Both the position numbers and the translations under genes were made by a program. The notes beneath the pieces were generated by a model, which was not told the DNA's origin, did no database searches, and saw only the letters and a program-made list of their open reading frames with translations. From Antedon mediterranea (taxonomy: Eukaryota; Animalia; Echinodermata): a DNA stretch of 64,000 nt. Below, piece after piece: positions 1 to 17,061 of the stretch (its first letter is position 1; every line of letters begins with the position of its first letter). Location: assembly GCF_964355755.1 (NCBI RefSeq), contig NC_092670.1, positions 35,824,388 through 35,888,387 of the forward strand, in the 5' to 3' direction.

Positions 1-2355
1 GAAAAAAATATTGATTTCGCTTATAAAAAAATCAAAATAAGTTTACTATTTTTTCGAACTCATCGGCTCAGAAATTAGGCCGGTAGAGCTAACTCATACA
101 TATGCATGATATGTTAATGAGCATCCACACAGCAGAGATCTGATCTAACAATGGACGATGCACGTTGTATGTACAACAACACCACCAGAGATCGACGCGA
201 TTCGACTGTGGGTTTCCCTGGCCTGATCGTATAAATATGTAAAGCTTAGCTGTTAATTTGTCGGTAAGTAGGCCTAGACGGTTATTTTAAATATAATAAT
301 ATATATAACGCAATAATAACAGGAAGGTAAATTAATTAACTTAGCCTGGGATTTTTTCAGTTCAGGGCTAGGCCTAGAATAATTAATACATGCTGCTGCA
401 TATTACTAGGCTAGTAGCAAGCCGACTGTGACAATCGGGTCCCTGCAGAAGATGCCCAGCTAGCTAGGCCCTATACATTGTACTCTTCATAGACTGGCCT
501 AGGCTATATGCCATCAATCTTAGCTACATTCCGAAAATACAGCCAGCTTGCTGTACCATATATATTTACAGTTGAAGCTTGTTTAACTAATTTTTATGAT
601 AAAAATAAAACAAACATTTTTCAGGGAAAATGGTTGCAATACAAGCCTGAAATTGAGAACCTTCCAGCAGCACTGTACAAGTAGACAGAGGGGAAAAGCC
701 AGCTTAGCCATTTTACAACACAAACAAATGTTCTCTGTACTGTAGTAAGTCAAATATTTATTTTCTCTTTTTATAAGTTATAACATTATAAGTAATGTGT
801 TTTAATTACCATAGAAAGGTAGTATACTTATTTGACTATGTCAAAGTAAGCAATTTCACTAGCCCAATTTTGCACTAAATATGCATGATCTATTTTTTCC
901 AGATTTTCATACTTTGCTTTTACTTTTTTTAAAGACGTTGAGCTGATGAAGACTAGAACAGAGGTCACCCAAAGACAACAATGATAGACTCGGTATTGGA
1001 ATATGATTGGATATTGCAGGAAAAATATTTCTGACTCTCCTGCTGCATTCGGCCAATATGTTCTTGTCCAGCTTGTAAAATATTGTATAATTTTTTTTTA
1101 TTATATGTACAGTATATTATTTTGTAAACATAACATTCAATAAATAAATAAAAAACTACTACAACAGTACACAGGATAAATTCTTCAAATTTACTTACAC
1201 TTCACAATTTTACTGTAAATATTACAGTGCAAAAGGAGTTAATAAAATATATATATACAGTATATCTTATTGAATTCCTGTATTGTTTTTTGTGTCAATT
1301 TGTCTACTAATTATCAATGTGTTGATTGTGCCAGTAATTACGACAGCTGTAGTCTTCTAAGATCGCTCACATCCATTACAAAGTGTCATTTTAATAGTAA
1401 GAAACGTTTCAATAAATTGTGAATGTTGCCACTGTACGATACATTTTATGTTTCTCACTACTTGCTCTTATTGTTCAATCAATCAACCTAAAAAAAAAAG
1501 AAATTTGTGTCAAAATATCTGCATAAAATGTTAATGTTACTTTGAACCTATTGCATTTGATACAGAAAATATTTTTAAAATATTGCATCAGTAAAACATC
1601 CAAAACAATATTTAGGCCTAGATTTTCTTTTTTTTTTTATTTTCACTGCCGAATAGATAGTTGAAATCTTTAAAAATTAAACCAATTCATCATGATTAAA
1701 ACAAAAATACATCCCTTCTGGTGGTGGTCTACTGTAGCCCTAACTAGCAGTGTACTGCCTAGGCCTACTACACTCTACTTCTAGAGAAAGAAGTAGGCAG
1801 CAGTTAGGCTACTCGAGACTGCCAGTGCTAGTAGTAGTAGTAGTAGACTAGTAGTACAGTAGCAGCAAATTCGGGCCTAGGGCCTAGGCCTAGCTAGGCC
1901 TCTCATGTTAGCGAAACAAAAACTCACCTAAATGAATAAGATTCAACATCAAAGTTACCAACTGTAATTCTAACTTAGCATTCTGCTAGCTATAGTTTTC
2001 GTGTTTTCTTCAAGATTCGTCTCGCATCACTACTCGACTCTCTCGCACGCATGCATTGCTCTCGTTGTTGGCGGTTGATTTGGAAAGCATCATCATCCAC
2101 ACGATGTATCCATACAATATGAATATTTATGAGCTAACTCAGGTCAAGGGTTAAATTAAACCGGAACACATTTGTCTTCCAGACAAATAGCTTCCGGTTG
2201 GTTAATTTTTGCATTAAATTTCGATTTTCCCGTGTAAAAAATTATTTTTTTCAATCCAAATTGAGGTCAAAGTGAATAACTTTTATGTGCAATAAAAATG
2301 GCCTATTCAACAAAAAGATTGAAAAAAAAAATTTTTTCAGGGGGACAATACATCT
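1..2355. mobile_element. Non-autonomous Kolobok-type DNA transposon, copy 1 (left end just outside window)
   Basis: Ends GGGGGACAATACATCT followed by TTAA (2356-2359). Nearly identical to 52727-56977 apart from the hAT insert there. Lies in the LOX-A intron after coding exon 6. No long ORF. Confidence 0.85.
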
Positions 2356-2442
2356 TTAAAATACACATTTCATTTTTAAAGTAAACGAGTTCACATTATG
2401 TATATGTTTATTCTGCTGAAATCCATGATCATGTTCTTTTAC

Positions 2443-6440
<3,998 letters not shown>

Positions 6441-6612
6441 GCTAAAGATTAAGCTAGTTATAATTAGGCCAATATGTATTTAACCACGCGTACACTCCAC
6501 AAGGTTTGATTAACAATGTTTCAATTATACATTTCAATTTTTGTTTTCGTTTTGATGTAACATTATTTTAAGATCATTAGCTATTATTAGTATTATTTAA
6601 AAAAGAAAAAAA

Positions 6613-6982
6613 GAAGGCATATTCTCCCTTAGTCACATATGTAATAGACACATCGTATTTGTTATTTATATATTAAATGCTTTTACGACATATAAAAAAA
6701 AAAGAAAAAAAAATGGTAATTAAAAACGTTTTACTTTACTCTATACATGTACTATTTTCCCGACAGTTATATTCAAAAGAATAAGAATTTAAATGGAGAA
6801 GGCATATTCTCCCTTAGTCACATATGTAATAGACACATCGTATTTGTTATTTATATATTAAATGCTTTTACGACATATAAAAAAAAAAGAAAAAAAAATG
6901 GTAATTAAAAACGTTTTACTTTACTCTATACATGTACTATTTTCCCGACAGTTATATTCAAAAGAATAAGAATTTAAATGGA
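6613..6982. repeat. Perfect 185-bp tandem duplication in the LOX-A 5' UTR intron
   Basis: 6613-6797 is repeated at 6798-6982. An older, diverged copy of about 6480-6660 lies at about 7150-7360. Confidence 0.9.
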
Positions 6983-7554
6983 ATAATTCTGGGTTTTTAT
7001 ATCAACAAATTGGTAATGGAAATGTGAAAGAGATCACATGTATAAAAGTGGAATGCAGTACTAGTAGAAATCATTTAAGAAAAGTTAAAAACATAAAGCA
7101 ATGGAAAATGTGATAATATGTAAAGAAATGAATACAGGCGGAACAATCTAACCACTCGTACACTCCTCCAGGTATTAACTATCTTTCAGTCTTTTCGGAA
7201 AACATGGGAGATTGTGAATTGATCTTTTATCGACTCGTCCCACTTCATTTCGTTTTGATGTAACATTATTTTAAAATATACATTTGCTACATTGTATTAT
7301 GAAAAAAGAAAAATGAGAAGGCATATTCTCTCTTAGTCACATAGACATATCGTATTTGTGATTTGTGAATAAATGCTCTCCTACAGGTATTAGTTTGGCT
7401 AATTTTAGATCATTATAATAATGTCTAAAAACAAGGAATTGTAAAAATCTACTGATCATAGGCAAATATCGTGTAGCGATCATACGTATTTTGGCGTGAA
7501 TTTCGAGTGCTAACATTACAAATTCCAATATTATAAATGTTAAATTGCACTTAC

Positions 7555-7720
7555 CTTAACTAACTTTAAATAAAGATTACACGGAGAGTGAGGTAACTGT
7601 TCACAGTACCCGGTATCCAATGTAATAAACAAAACGCAACGTTGGCTTGGATTATCAATTATTTCGATACTAAGAATTCACTGATAATGTAAAGACCAAC
7701 TTTGGAATGGAATATATATA
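7555..7720 (-). promoter_or_regulatory. Putative TATA promoter and non-coding first exon of LOX-A
   Basis: TATATATA at 7720-7713, Inr-like TCAGT near 7684, and donor AAG/GTAAGT at 7555. The ATG exon starts one base after an acceptor (TTTAG/cATG). Confidence 0.55.
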
Positions 7721-8334
7721 GGGTTTAACGGTTCATTAAACAAGAATAACTTTGGAATTAATATAACGTTTCGTTCGTTCCCCTAACGGGGTTTTATTTC
7801 CACAATATTTAGGCCTCTGGCCCTTATATCTTACATACAAATCATACAATAATATTTTCTGGTTGGGTAAGTATTTCAGTAAGTATATACATATTTTAAT
7901 GATTAGGCCTATTTTGTGGATTTTATATCATCGTCATCATCATATTATGTTTAAGATCACCTACAGTGACGGGAAAAAAAAAATTAAAACAGTTACAAAG
8001 GCAAAAGACCATTTTTATACCATCCAACAAACTTTCTTCCAAACAATAAAAACCAAAGGTTTGTCAACAATGTAGAAAACTAAATAACATTTAATTTATT
8101 TCTCCTATTTTGCCTTTTACTGGAATATTTTAACTGTTTAATATGGTTTAAAATGATTTTGTACACTACCTATTTTAAAATATCTCATTTTTAACAGGTC
8201 TATAAATGTGTATATTCATGATCTATGTTTGAAATCACGTAAAATAAATAAAGGAATTTCTTGGTGGAATGGTCTCTAGCTCTCGTGGTTCTTTTTTTTC
8301 TAAACTGAAAAGAATATATTTACTGCCAAATATT

Positions 8335-11300
8335 TCGATTTCTTTGAAGAGATTATATACGTAGCGAAACTTGTTCAATAAACAATAATAACTTTGAATT
8401 CACATAGCGCGATTCATAGGCTATTTTTAATTTTCTACGAAACTACCCTGTTATTATTGTTTTGAGCAGAGTTTTATAATAGTACGGTATGCGATATTAT
8501 AATACACATTCAGTTTGATAGCTGGGTGACTGCGTTTTGTTTCTTTATTTTCAGAAATTGCTCTTTTAGCTACCAAACGATTTTCAGCCCGGAAGGTATA
8601 CCGGTATTTGTTCATTTGTATTTTGGACAAAAATATAATATTATGTTATAACTGGTAAATAAATAGAATATTTTGTAACTTCGCTTGAGTTATACTCTAA
8701 TGAGTAGGTCTATAAAATAAAAATTATCGAATTTATCCGATAATTATCCAATATGAATGAAATCATTACCGGTTTTTTTTTTTTACTAATGTATACTGGC
8801 AATTCGGTTCTGATCAACTCACTACTGGACATCTTTTAGTTGGTGATTAATTTCACAATGATCTTTAAATGAATTATGTCTATTGTCTATAGTATACATT
8901 TTTTTATGAAACAAACAGTGACATTGAAACTAATTTTTGACCATTGGTCAAGAAAATGACCATATCAATATCTCGGCAACCACTGATCAGAAATTTATAC
9001 TTTTAGTATCAAATTAGTTGCAACGTATTTGCTCTAATACAATAAAAATACACAAAATGTTAGAAAACACCTTATTTTGACATTCAACTTATATAACTTG
9101 TTCAAACATTTTTGCGCAGAGCACATTTACATTTATAATAACTGACGAATATTGTCGTGCCTATAATATCAAAATACACTCGTATTGATAAAACTCTTTA
9201 ATGAACTAGTGCTAAAAGTTAACTGAGACTCTATATGAACACTGATCAAGAAAATTGTCATATAAATATTTAGCAAACAGGTAATAGTTTTGTCTCAACT
9301 AACTAGGAATATTTTTATGTTTATATTTACTTACGAAATAACGAACGAGATATAACAAAAGTGGAGCCTTTTCACATGATATATTTAAACGCGTTGCACA
9401 CGATACACTCGGTACACTTCAGGCCCGACATTCGTTTTACAGGGGTGTTCAAATTTGGAAGCCTTTGATAGACCAACCTATTACTTCCTCCTCACCGTGT
9501 TGGGATTGAGTAAGGATATTTTGACGATATGGACCTATAGTTTGCCTGAAACTAAGTAAAAATTGTATAAAAGTTCAGGCTTGGAATCATTGTATGAAAC
9601 ATTAAATAGATATTTGAATCTGAAATATGCACTGGCTCGAGCCAATTTCAATGATAAGGGCGGTTCAACGAGAAAGGTCTTCAGCACCACCTCAGTCCCA
9701 CCATGGTTGGGGCTGAGGCGTGTACGACACGTACAACAATTTTCTTCTGCCATAAGTGCGCACCTACTCTTCCGAAAGACCTTATACAAGAAGACTTGTT
9801 CTACCACAAGAACCATGGTCGATGAGGAGAACATTGAACCCTTGGAACATTGAACCCGTGCAGATTATGGTTTTCGGTTGCCTTTGCCTTAATCGTTCTG
9901 CCACTCGACAAATATGTATGTGTTTATTTATAATGTTGTAGTATCAAACAAGGACTGAAGAATTAAGACCCAAGCGTCAAGTATTTCTCGTAAACGCAGA
10001 TTTTCTCCTCATTTATACTTATGTTCACACACAACCTTTTGACATTTTGAGTAATTTTCATGGAAGGTAGCCTTGTAGGCCTAGCTATATAATTCTATTT
10101 CTTTAAACAGATTATAGACGTGCGCCAATTGTTAATTAAACAAAAATAACTTTGAATGCACATACCGCGATTCATAGGCTATATTTAATTTTCTACGAAA
10201 CGACCCTGTTATTTATTTTTAGAAGAGTTTTATAATAGTACGGTATGCGATAAAAACAGCCGCGTTGAAATAAACTATTATACCGATCCAGCATTTGCAC
10301 CACATCAGTCCCACCATGGTAGCAAACTGCTGTAGTATCAAACAAGGACTGAAGAATTAAGGTTTTCACGTAAAAGCGGATTTTCTGATAATTTATTTTC
10401 AAACACAAACGCCTTTTGTTTTCATGGAAGGTAGGCTAGGCCTAAATATAATTCGATTTCTTTAAACAGATTATAGAGGTACGCCAATTATTCATTAAAC
10501 AATAGCAACTTTGTTGAGGTATATTTGTATTTTGGACAAAAATATATTATGTTATTATGTTATTATTAAATAAATAGAATAGTTTGTAACTTGACTTGAG
10601 TTATACTCTAATGAGTAGGTCTACAAATAAAAATTTATCCGATATAATTGAAATCATTATCGGTTAATTTTTCTCGATTATTTTTTTGCTGCGGAAACAC
10701 GGCCTTCGTAATCTTAATTAGTTTATAATTATGATGTGATTGTTAAACTTCAATTTTGAATTTTTGATAGAATTGAAAGATTGTAGTAATACTAATGTTT
10801 ACAGGCAATTCATTTCTGATCAACTCACTACTGGACATCTTTTAGTTGGTGATTAATTTCACAATGATCTTTAAATGAATTTTGTCTATTGTCTATAGTA
10901 TACATCTTTTATGAAACAGTGACATTGAAATTAATTTTTGACCATTGGTCAAGTATTTCTCTTAAACGCAGATTTTCTCCTCATTTATACTTATGTTCAA
11001 ACACAACCTTTTGACATTTTGAGTAATTTCCATGGAAGGTAGCCTTATAGACGTGCGCCAATTGTTGATTAAAAAAAATAACTTTGAATGCACATACCGC
11101 GATTCATAGTCTATAGGTAATTTTCTACGAAACGACCCTGTTATTTATTTTTAGAAGAGTTTTTTAATAGTACGGTATGCGATAAAAACAGCTATTGAAA
11201 TAAACTATTATACCGATTCAGCATTTTGATGACTGGGTGACTGCGTTCTGTATTTTAGAAATTGCTAATTCTACACAACTATTTTAAGCCCGGAATGTGA

Positions 11301-12500
11301 TATTATTTTGGTATTTAAAGTTGCAGGCGCAAAAATATGGAACAATTTACCAATTAATATTAAATCGGCACCAACAATTACGTCCTTTAAGGCTAGATAC
11401 AAATCTCATTTCTTTTCATAAAAAACTGACATGTATTATATTTAATTAAGTTTCTCTTTTGTATATTTTGATTAAGACAGGACCACAATGTAAAACAGAT
11501 ACACTGTTATCTGATTGTTTTATCCTGTATAAATATATTATTTATTATTATTGTTATTATTATTATTATTATTTGTATTTTGGACAAAAATATATTATGT
11601 TATTAGGCCTAACTAGTGATTCGCACGTTTCACTAAAACTTTTAAACAGAACACTGTAACTTGACTTCAGTTATTAGCAATGAATACAATTTTGATGCAC
11701 CATATTTCATACAATACACTAGTTCTTGCAATATTGATGCTTTAGAAACGTTAACAAGATATTTGAATCTGAAATATGCACTCAAGCCAAATTCAATGAT
11801 AAGGGCGGTTTAATGATGGGTCTTCTTCACCACCTCAGTCCCACTATGGTTGCGGCTGAGGTGTGGACGACACCTACAACAATTTTCTTCTGCCATAAGG
11901 GTCTCTTCGTGCCGTGTCTTTAAGGCTTTTTGACACCGCCGGAGTAATCCCCTACTCTTCCGAAAGACCTTATCCGAGAAGATTTTTCTACCACAAAACC
12001 ATGATCGAGAGAGAGTCTTAATCCCTTGCATATTGTATGCTTATGGTTTCCGGTGCCCCTGCCCTAACCGCTCTGTCACTCGACATTATTTTCAGTTCTA
12101 AATAATTATGTGGTTATTTAAACTGCTGTAGTATCAACAAGGACTGAAGAATTAAGGTTTTCACGTAAAAGCGGATTTTCTGATAATTAATTTATATTTA
12201 TTTTCAAACACAAACGCCTTTTGTAGTAATTTTCATGGAAGGTAGGCTAGGCCTAAACATAATTCGACTTCTTTAAACAGATTATAGAGGTACGCCAATT
12301 ATTCATTAAACAATAGCAACTTTGTTGAATTCACATAGGCCTACCGGGCGGAATAACATGTTTTTAATATAGGATTTCGAGCAGAGAATAGTACGGTATT
12401 TTATATAAACAGCCGTTGAAATAAACTATTATACCCATTTAGCATTTGATGACTGGGTGACTGCGTTCTGGTTTTTTTAGAAATTGCTAATTTAAGATTT
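8335..12500. repeat. Mosaic of diverged local segmental duplications between LOX-B and LOX-A, including two old SINE heads
   Basis: Blocks recur near 8340, 10100, 10460, 11050 and 12270. 8790-8950 matches 10790-10950, and 9605-9910 matches 11755-12085, the latter pair containing degenerate SINE sequence. Confidence 0.75.
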
Positions 12501-12954
12501 TATTTCAAATTTTGAACTTTAAAAATTGCAACAAATTAATATTATTAATACATTGTGCTTTTTGTACGTTTTTCCTTTTTTTATATTTTTCACTTCAGTA
12601 AACAAAGAAGATAACAAACTCATCTTTGGGAAAATATTGGAGAAAATGTATTTTTTACCCACATCACAAAAATAGTTATGCATACTATTTTAAAGCTCTG
12701 TCTACACTATTAAACTGGTATGAAAAAAAAGTTTGATGTGCCTAAATATGGTAGTGATGTGATGTTATTGTGTCCATATATGGGTACATCACATAACGTT
12801 TGATAGTGTAGACAAACTTTTATTCAAGTGAAAACATAATCGAATGAAAAGTTCATTTTAACACTGAGCCTGATTTTTTTTTTAGACTCATGAACAAATA
12901 ATCGCAAATCGAACAATTACTAAATGGACTACATGTAGATTTTATCCACTTCAT

Positions 12955-13580
12955 ATTATACAAATATTAAATGTTCACTCGTGTAATTGTACAAATAATA
13001 GCATGAGGTGAATGATGAAAAGGTTATATTTCAACATTTACCAAATTCTATTATTTGTAGGCTACTATTAGGGCCTACACGAATATAAAACATTCATTAT
13101 TTGCTTTATATTTTTATATAACATCTAAATAGATTCCTGTCATTTGAATCAGATTTAATAAATTGTTGGCCTAGGCCTAGTAGGCCTACATTTTATTCAT
13201 ATTGAAGCAGTAACATTTGGTTTCTAATAAAATATTAAATATTATAGTTATTTTGATTTTATAAACACACCTAAAAGTAACTGAAGAGTTAATTATGCCA
13301 ACAAACGACCAAACAATCCTAGGCCTAGCAAAGGCTAAAACGCCTAGCCTAATAATAACAGGTTTAGTAGACCTAGCTAGACTAGAAAATATATCTCTTC
13401 AAGATGTACTGTACTCCCATCACCAGTCATAACATTCAATCTTCGCGGCGGAAGTACAAAATAGGTGGCGCTGTTGTATTTCAAAAGCAATAGTATTTGT
13501 TTACACGAAAAAAAGTACTATTAATGAACGACAGCACGCCATGTGATCCACAGTCGTCCAATCAAAATGACGGAATTTAT
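12955..13580 (-). mobile_element. Degenerate palindromic repeat (Crypton-like non-autonomous family) just downstream of the LOX-B stop
   Basis: Reverse-orientation relative of 30066-30358, with shared arms and the shared CCAATCAAAATGAC end. Family name is an inference. Confidence 0.55.
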
Positions 13581-13894
13581 TTAGGTGTTATATAATAATA
13601 TGAATTAGCATGATTATATACTGATAGCATTTGGGACTCCAGATGGATGTATAAAGGTATATTCAGTGTGTCTTCCATTGTTCCGTTCGTCAATAAGTTG
13701 TCCAACCTTCTTTAGTCCATCCCTAAATCTGAAAATGAGAATGATCACATGATCAATTACTTTGTTGAGTCTTGTATTGTGTTCTGTTTGTTGTTCCCTG
13801 TGCATAACGCGACAAGACGTTCTATTTATTTTCATCGTGTATTTTACATTGGTATTTTTATTGCATTGATAGATAATATCATAAATAAATAAAC

Positions 13895-14153
13895 TGAGAT
13901 CAAAAGATGGAAGTTGATTGGCCATGTGATGAAAATGGAAAACAATAGTCATGGTATTATTACATGGAAACCAGAAGGCAGGGAAGATTCAGACGACATA
14001 AAACAACATGGCGGAGGACAGAGCAAAATAAAAGAGAGAGAATACATAGGACGGAGGACATGGAACGAAGTAAAAGAAATCGCCGCCGATAGAACCAATT
14101 GGAAAAATGCCACTGCAGCCTTATGGGCCACGAGGCCCGAAGAGGTAAGGTAA
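13895..14153 (+). mobile_element. 3' fragment of an RTE-clade LINE in the last intron of LOX-B
   Basis: Frameshifted RWKLIGHV...TWKPEG...TWNEVKEIAADRTNWK...ALWATRPEE, followed by a GGTAA repeat tail. Confidence 0.75.
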
Positions 14154-15500
14154 AACAAAAAGAATGTATATATTCAACTCACTTTTTAACAGCCTCTGCT
14201 CCAACTGGATCGAATTGATATTCAGTTTCAAAATCTCCCAGCCCATTGGTTGCCTTTTTACTCAACAGATGTGTGACTTCCATTACGTCCAGTGTTCCTT
14301 TCTTGTCTGGCAGTGCATTAAGAATGTCGTCTTCTGTTTTGGGATTCTAACATTTAATAAATTAGGATATTTTGTCTGTTAAATGTAGTGCAATTCTCAA
14401 TATAATGATATAATAATTACGGAAGGAAGTCAATACATAGACGGCAACATTATTACCCAGTCAGTTGCAGCTTACTGGGTTCTTTATTCTTGCAGTTTTA
14501 TTTCTTTCTTTCATGTGGTGTTCACAGTAAATATTATGTTCATCATTAATGAAAATTTTTAGAAACATATTAGCAAAGATCTACTACCTTGTTTTTTGGT
14601 GGTTCTCCGTTTAGTGACGCTGGGTAGTGTGGAGGAAATGCGTATTCGTCATACAGTCCAAAGTTAACCGCTGCGTGCATCACGCTACTTATGAATATAA
14701 TAGACGTGATAGTCTGCGCAATCTCTTCATTAGTTGTGAAGGAACCATTTCCTGGTATGCCTTTAATGTCACATCCACCGTCATTTACGGGTAAAGACAG
14801 TACCTTGTGCCAGTCTTGCAATTCGTAATCATTCGCTATTTTATCAATTGTATCTGAAAATTAATTTTTAAAAAAGGTCTTTAAACTTAATTCATCGGAT
14901 AATCATTACCTAATTGGAACTTTTACATTGGAATAAATACATTTTCTGTTAACTGACGGTAGGGCTCCAAATAAATTATTGTTCGTTTAATGCTGTTTAT
15001 AGTGGTTAAGACAAGGGAAGGGCAATCGACTGATAGGCCTATACTCTATAATTGTTTAATTACCATGTATGCCTACCATAACGTCCGTTCACAACTGCGT
15101 TAACGTATACTGCTATTTCATTCCATAGCAATAGCCCATCATCTCTAAAGTGGTAATTGTGAAGTACTTCCGGGTCAATTAGACCCCTTGATTCAATTTC
15201 CTTTGGAAAGTTTCCATCAATATCCATTCGCCATGTTTTGAAACGGCGTTTTACGATTTCAAACATGCCGATACGTCCAATTGACATCGCGAGGTCAACC
15301 CAACCGCCTTCATTTACGAGGCTCGTTAATGCAAGACTGAAAGAAGAAATATATTATGATATATTGACATAGAAGCTGACGTGTTCAAATAAAGGTAGCC
15401 TAAGCGTGCATCTTTTACTGATTGTTTAATCCTGTATAAAGATGTTGCTAAATGAATAAATTTTGTTACATATATAAATAAATAAATAGCAATCATAGAA

Positions 15501-15662
15501 AGCTTGGTTCCCAGTATACTAGGACGCAACAAAAATACATAAGCGCAACACAAGTCAATGTCAATTGACAAGCGACAGTTGTCATACTTCATCGCTAGTG
15601 ATTGGTATAATCACTTGCGTTGCGCTGACGTCTTTTTGTTACGTCCTAGTGGGTGCCAAACT
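15501..15662. mobile_element. PIF/Harbinger-type MITE, family 2
   Basis: AGCTTGGTTCCCA(C)TAG...CTAGTGGGTGCCAAACT inverted ends with TAA at the right flank. Related copies at about 2795, 22500-22620, 36037-36176 and 62288-62437. Confidence 0.6.
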
Positions 15663-16901
15663 TAACAGACTTTAATAATTATAACCGAGCATGGACCAAC
15701 GATTGGTCCGAGTTACAACCTACGTAAGTGGATCGTTTGTGATCACCAGTAATTAACTGTCTCTCTCAAGCTTATTATTCATGTCGAGCCAAAAATTAGG
15801 AAGTTTGAAGAGTATATCTTCAATTACTGTGAAATCTGATCTATTGTGTCTATGGCGATGAAAACAAAGTTGGAGCCTACCAATGTAAAATATATTAAGA
15901 ATAGACACTATAACACGTATGGTGCACATTCGAGGCAAATTGACCGCTGAATTTGAAGAATGAGTTTTTACTGTAGGCATCAGCCATTCAGATGACACCT
16001 AAAGCCTGTGATGTTTTTTATTTTTAGCTTCCTAACCGTTTAGACGCATTATTTTTTAAAACATTTTTTTTCCATCTACCAAGAGGAGACTGTTTTTTTT
16101 AACACCATATTTAATGAGGGTGATCCATCCAGCAATTGCTGACCATTAGGGACCCTCAGGTTCACAAGACAAACATATACACAAGATGCTCTACATAAAT
16201 AGAGTCTTATGAATGAATGCTCTGAAAGATACTCGCCACTGTACATCATTGGACATGGTTAAAACCTTACTTACCTGTTGATGGACATTATATACATGAA
16301 ATGAGGAGCCATCAAACGGAAAAGAGGATGTGAGGGCGAAAGGCAGCTGTGTGTGGCAGCAGCTACACTTTCCATTAAAAGGTGAGTCATCCCAAGATGC
16401 GTCGCAGATTGATGGTATGACGCGTCAGCATTGTTGTACCACATCTTAGCTAACATCCACGTGTATTCGCTGTCTGTCGGAAGAAACACCTATAAAACAA
16501 TTATTGTTAAATATGAACACAAAGCCTTTGTGTCAAACAGTGGCGTTCTTTAGCTTTCACTACGTGCCAAAACAGCATTTGCAGTATGACTAGTCGATCG
16601 CGTCGTAGAAACTGATTTTACAAAGCAATAGGGCTAGACAAAGGCTAGCCCCAAGTCTGTATTTAATTTGCCTCTTTTTATGTTAGTTCACCAGTGCGCG
16701 GTTCAATATTTGTCTGGAAAATATGAACACAATCTGAGCTCGCTTGAAACGCCATATGTACACTACGAACATATTTATCTTTCTACTAATATTAAGTAGA
16801 AACGCACCCTAGACTAGAATAGGGCGTGAACGACTGTCTGTTGTTTTCTGTGCAAGTCCTTATAAGGCATACGCACTGATATGCAATTCGTGGTTTTCTA
16901 A

Positions 16902-17061
16902 GGCTCTGTCTACACTATCAAACAAGTTTGACAAAAAAGTGTGATGTGCTCAAATATGGTAGTGATATGCTCAAACATAGTAGTGATATGACATCATCAT
17001 GTCCATATTTGAGCACATCACATGATTTTGTCAAATAACGTTTGTTAGTGTAGACAGAGCT
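16902..17061. mobile_element. PIF/Harbinger-type MITE, family 1 (~160 bp)
   Basis: TIR (A/G)GCTCTGTCTACACTATCAAAC with TWA flanks. Further copies at about 12694-12818, 17890-18040 and 31021-31174. Confidence 0.8.

Noticed and set aside
943-975. CTGATGA motif as a second hammerhead (also at 3726)
   Set aside because: No stem II closed by a correctly placed GAAA, and no stem III or cleavage triplet.
6441-13613. Possible catalase-like allene oxide synthase domain fused upstream of the LOX genes, as in coral AOS-LOX
   Set aside because: No catalase-like exons are visible in any spacer. Each gene has an MGxxxS start and, for A-C, a plausible short non-coding first exon.
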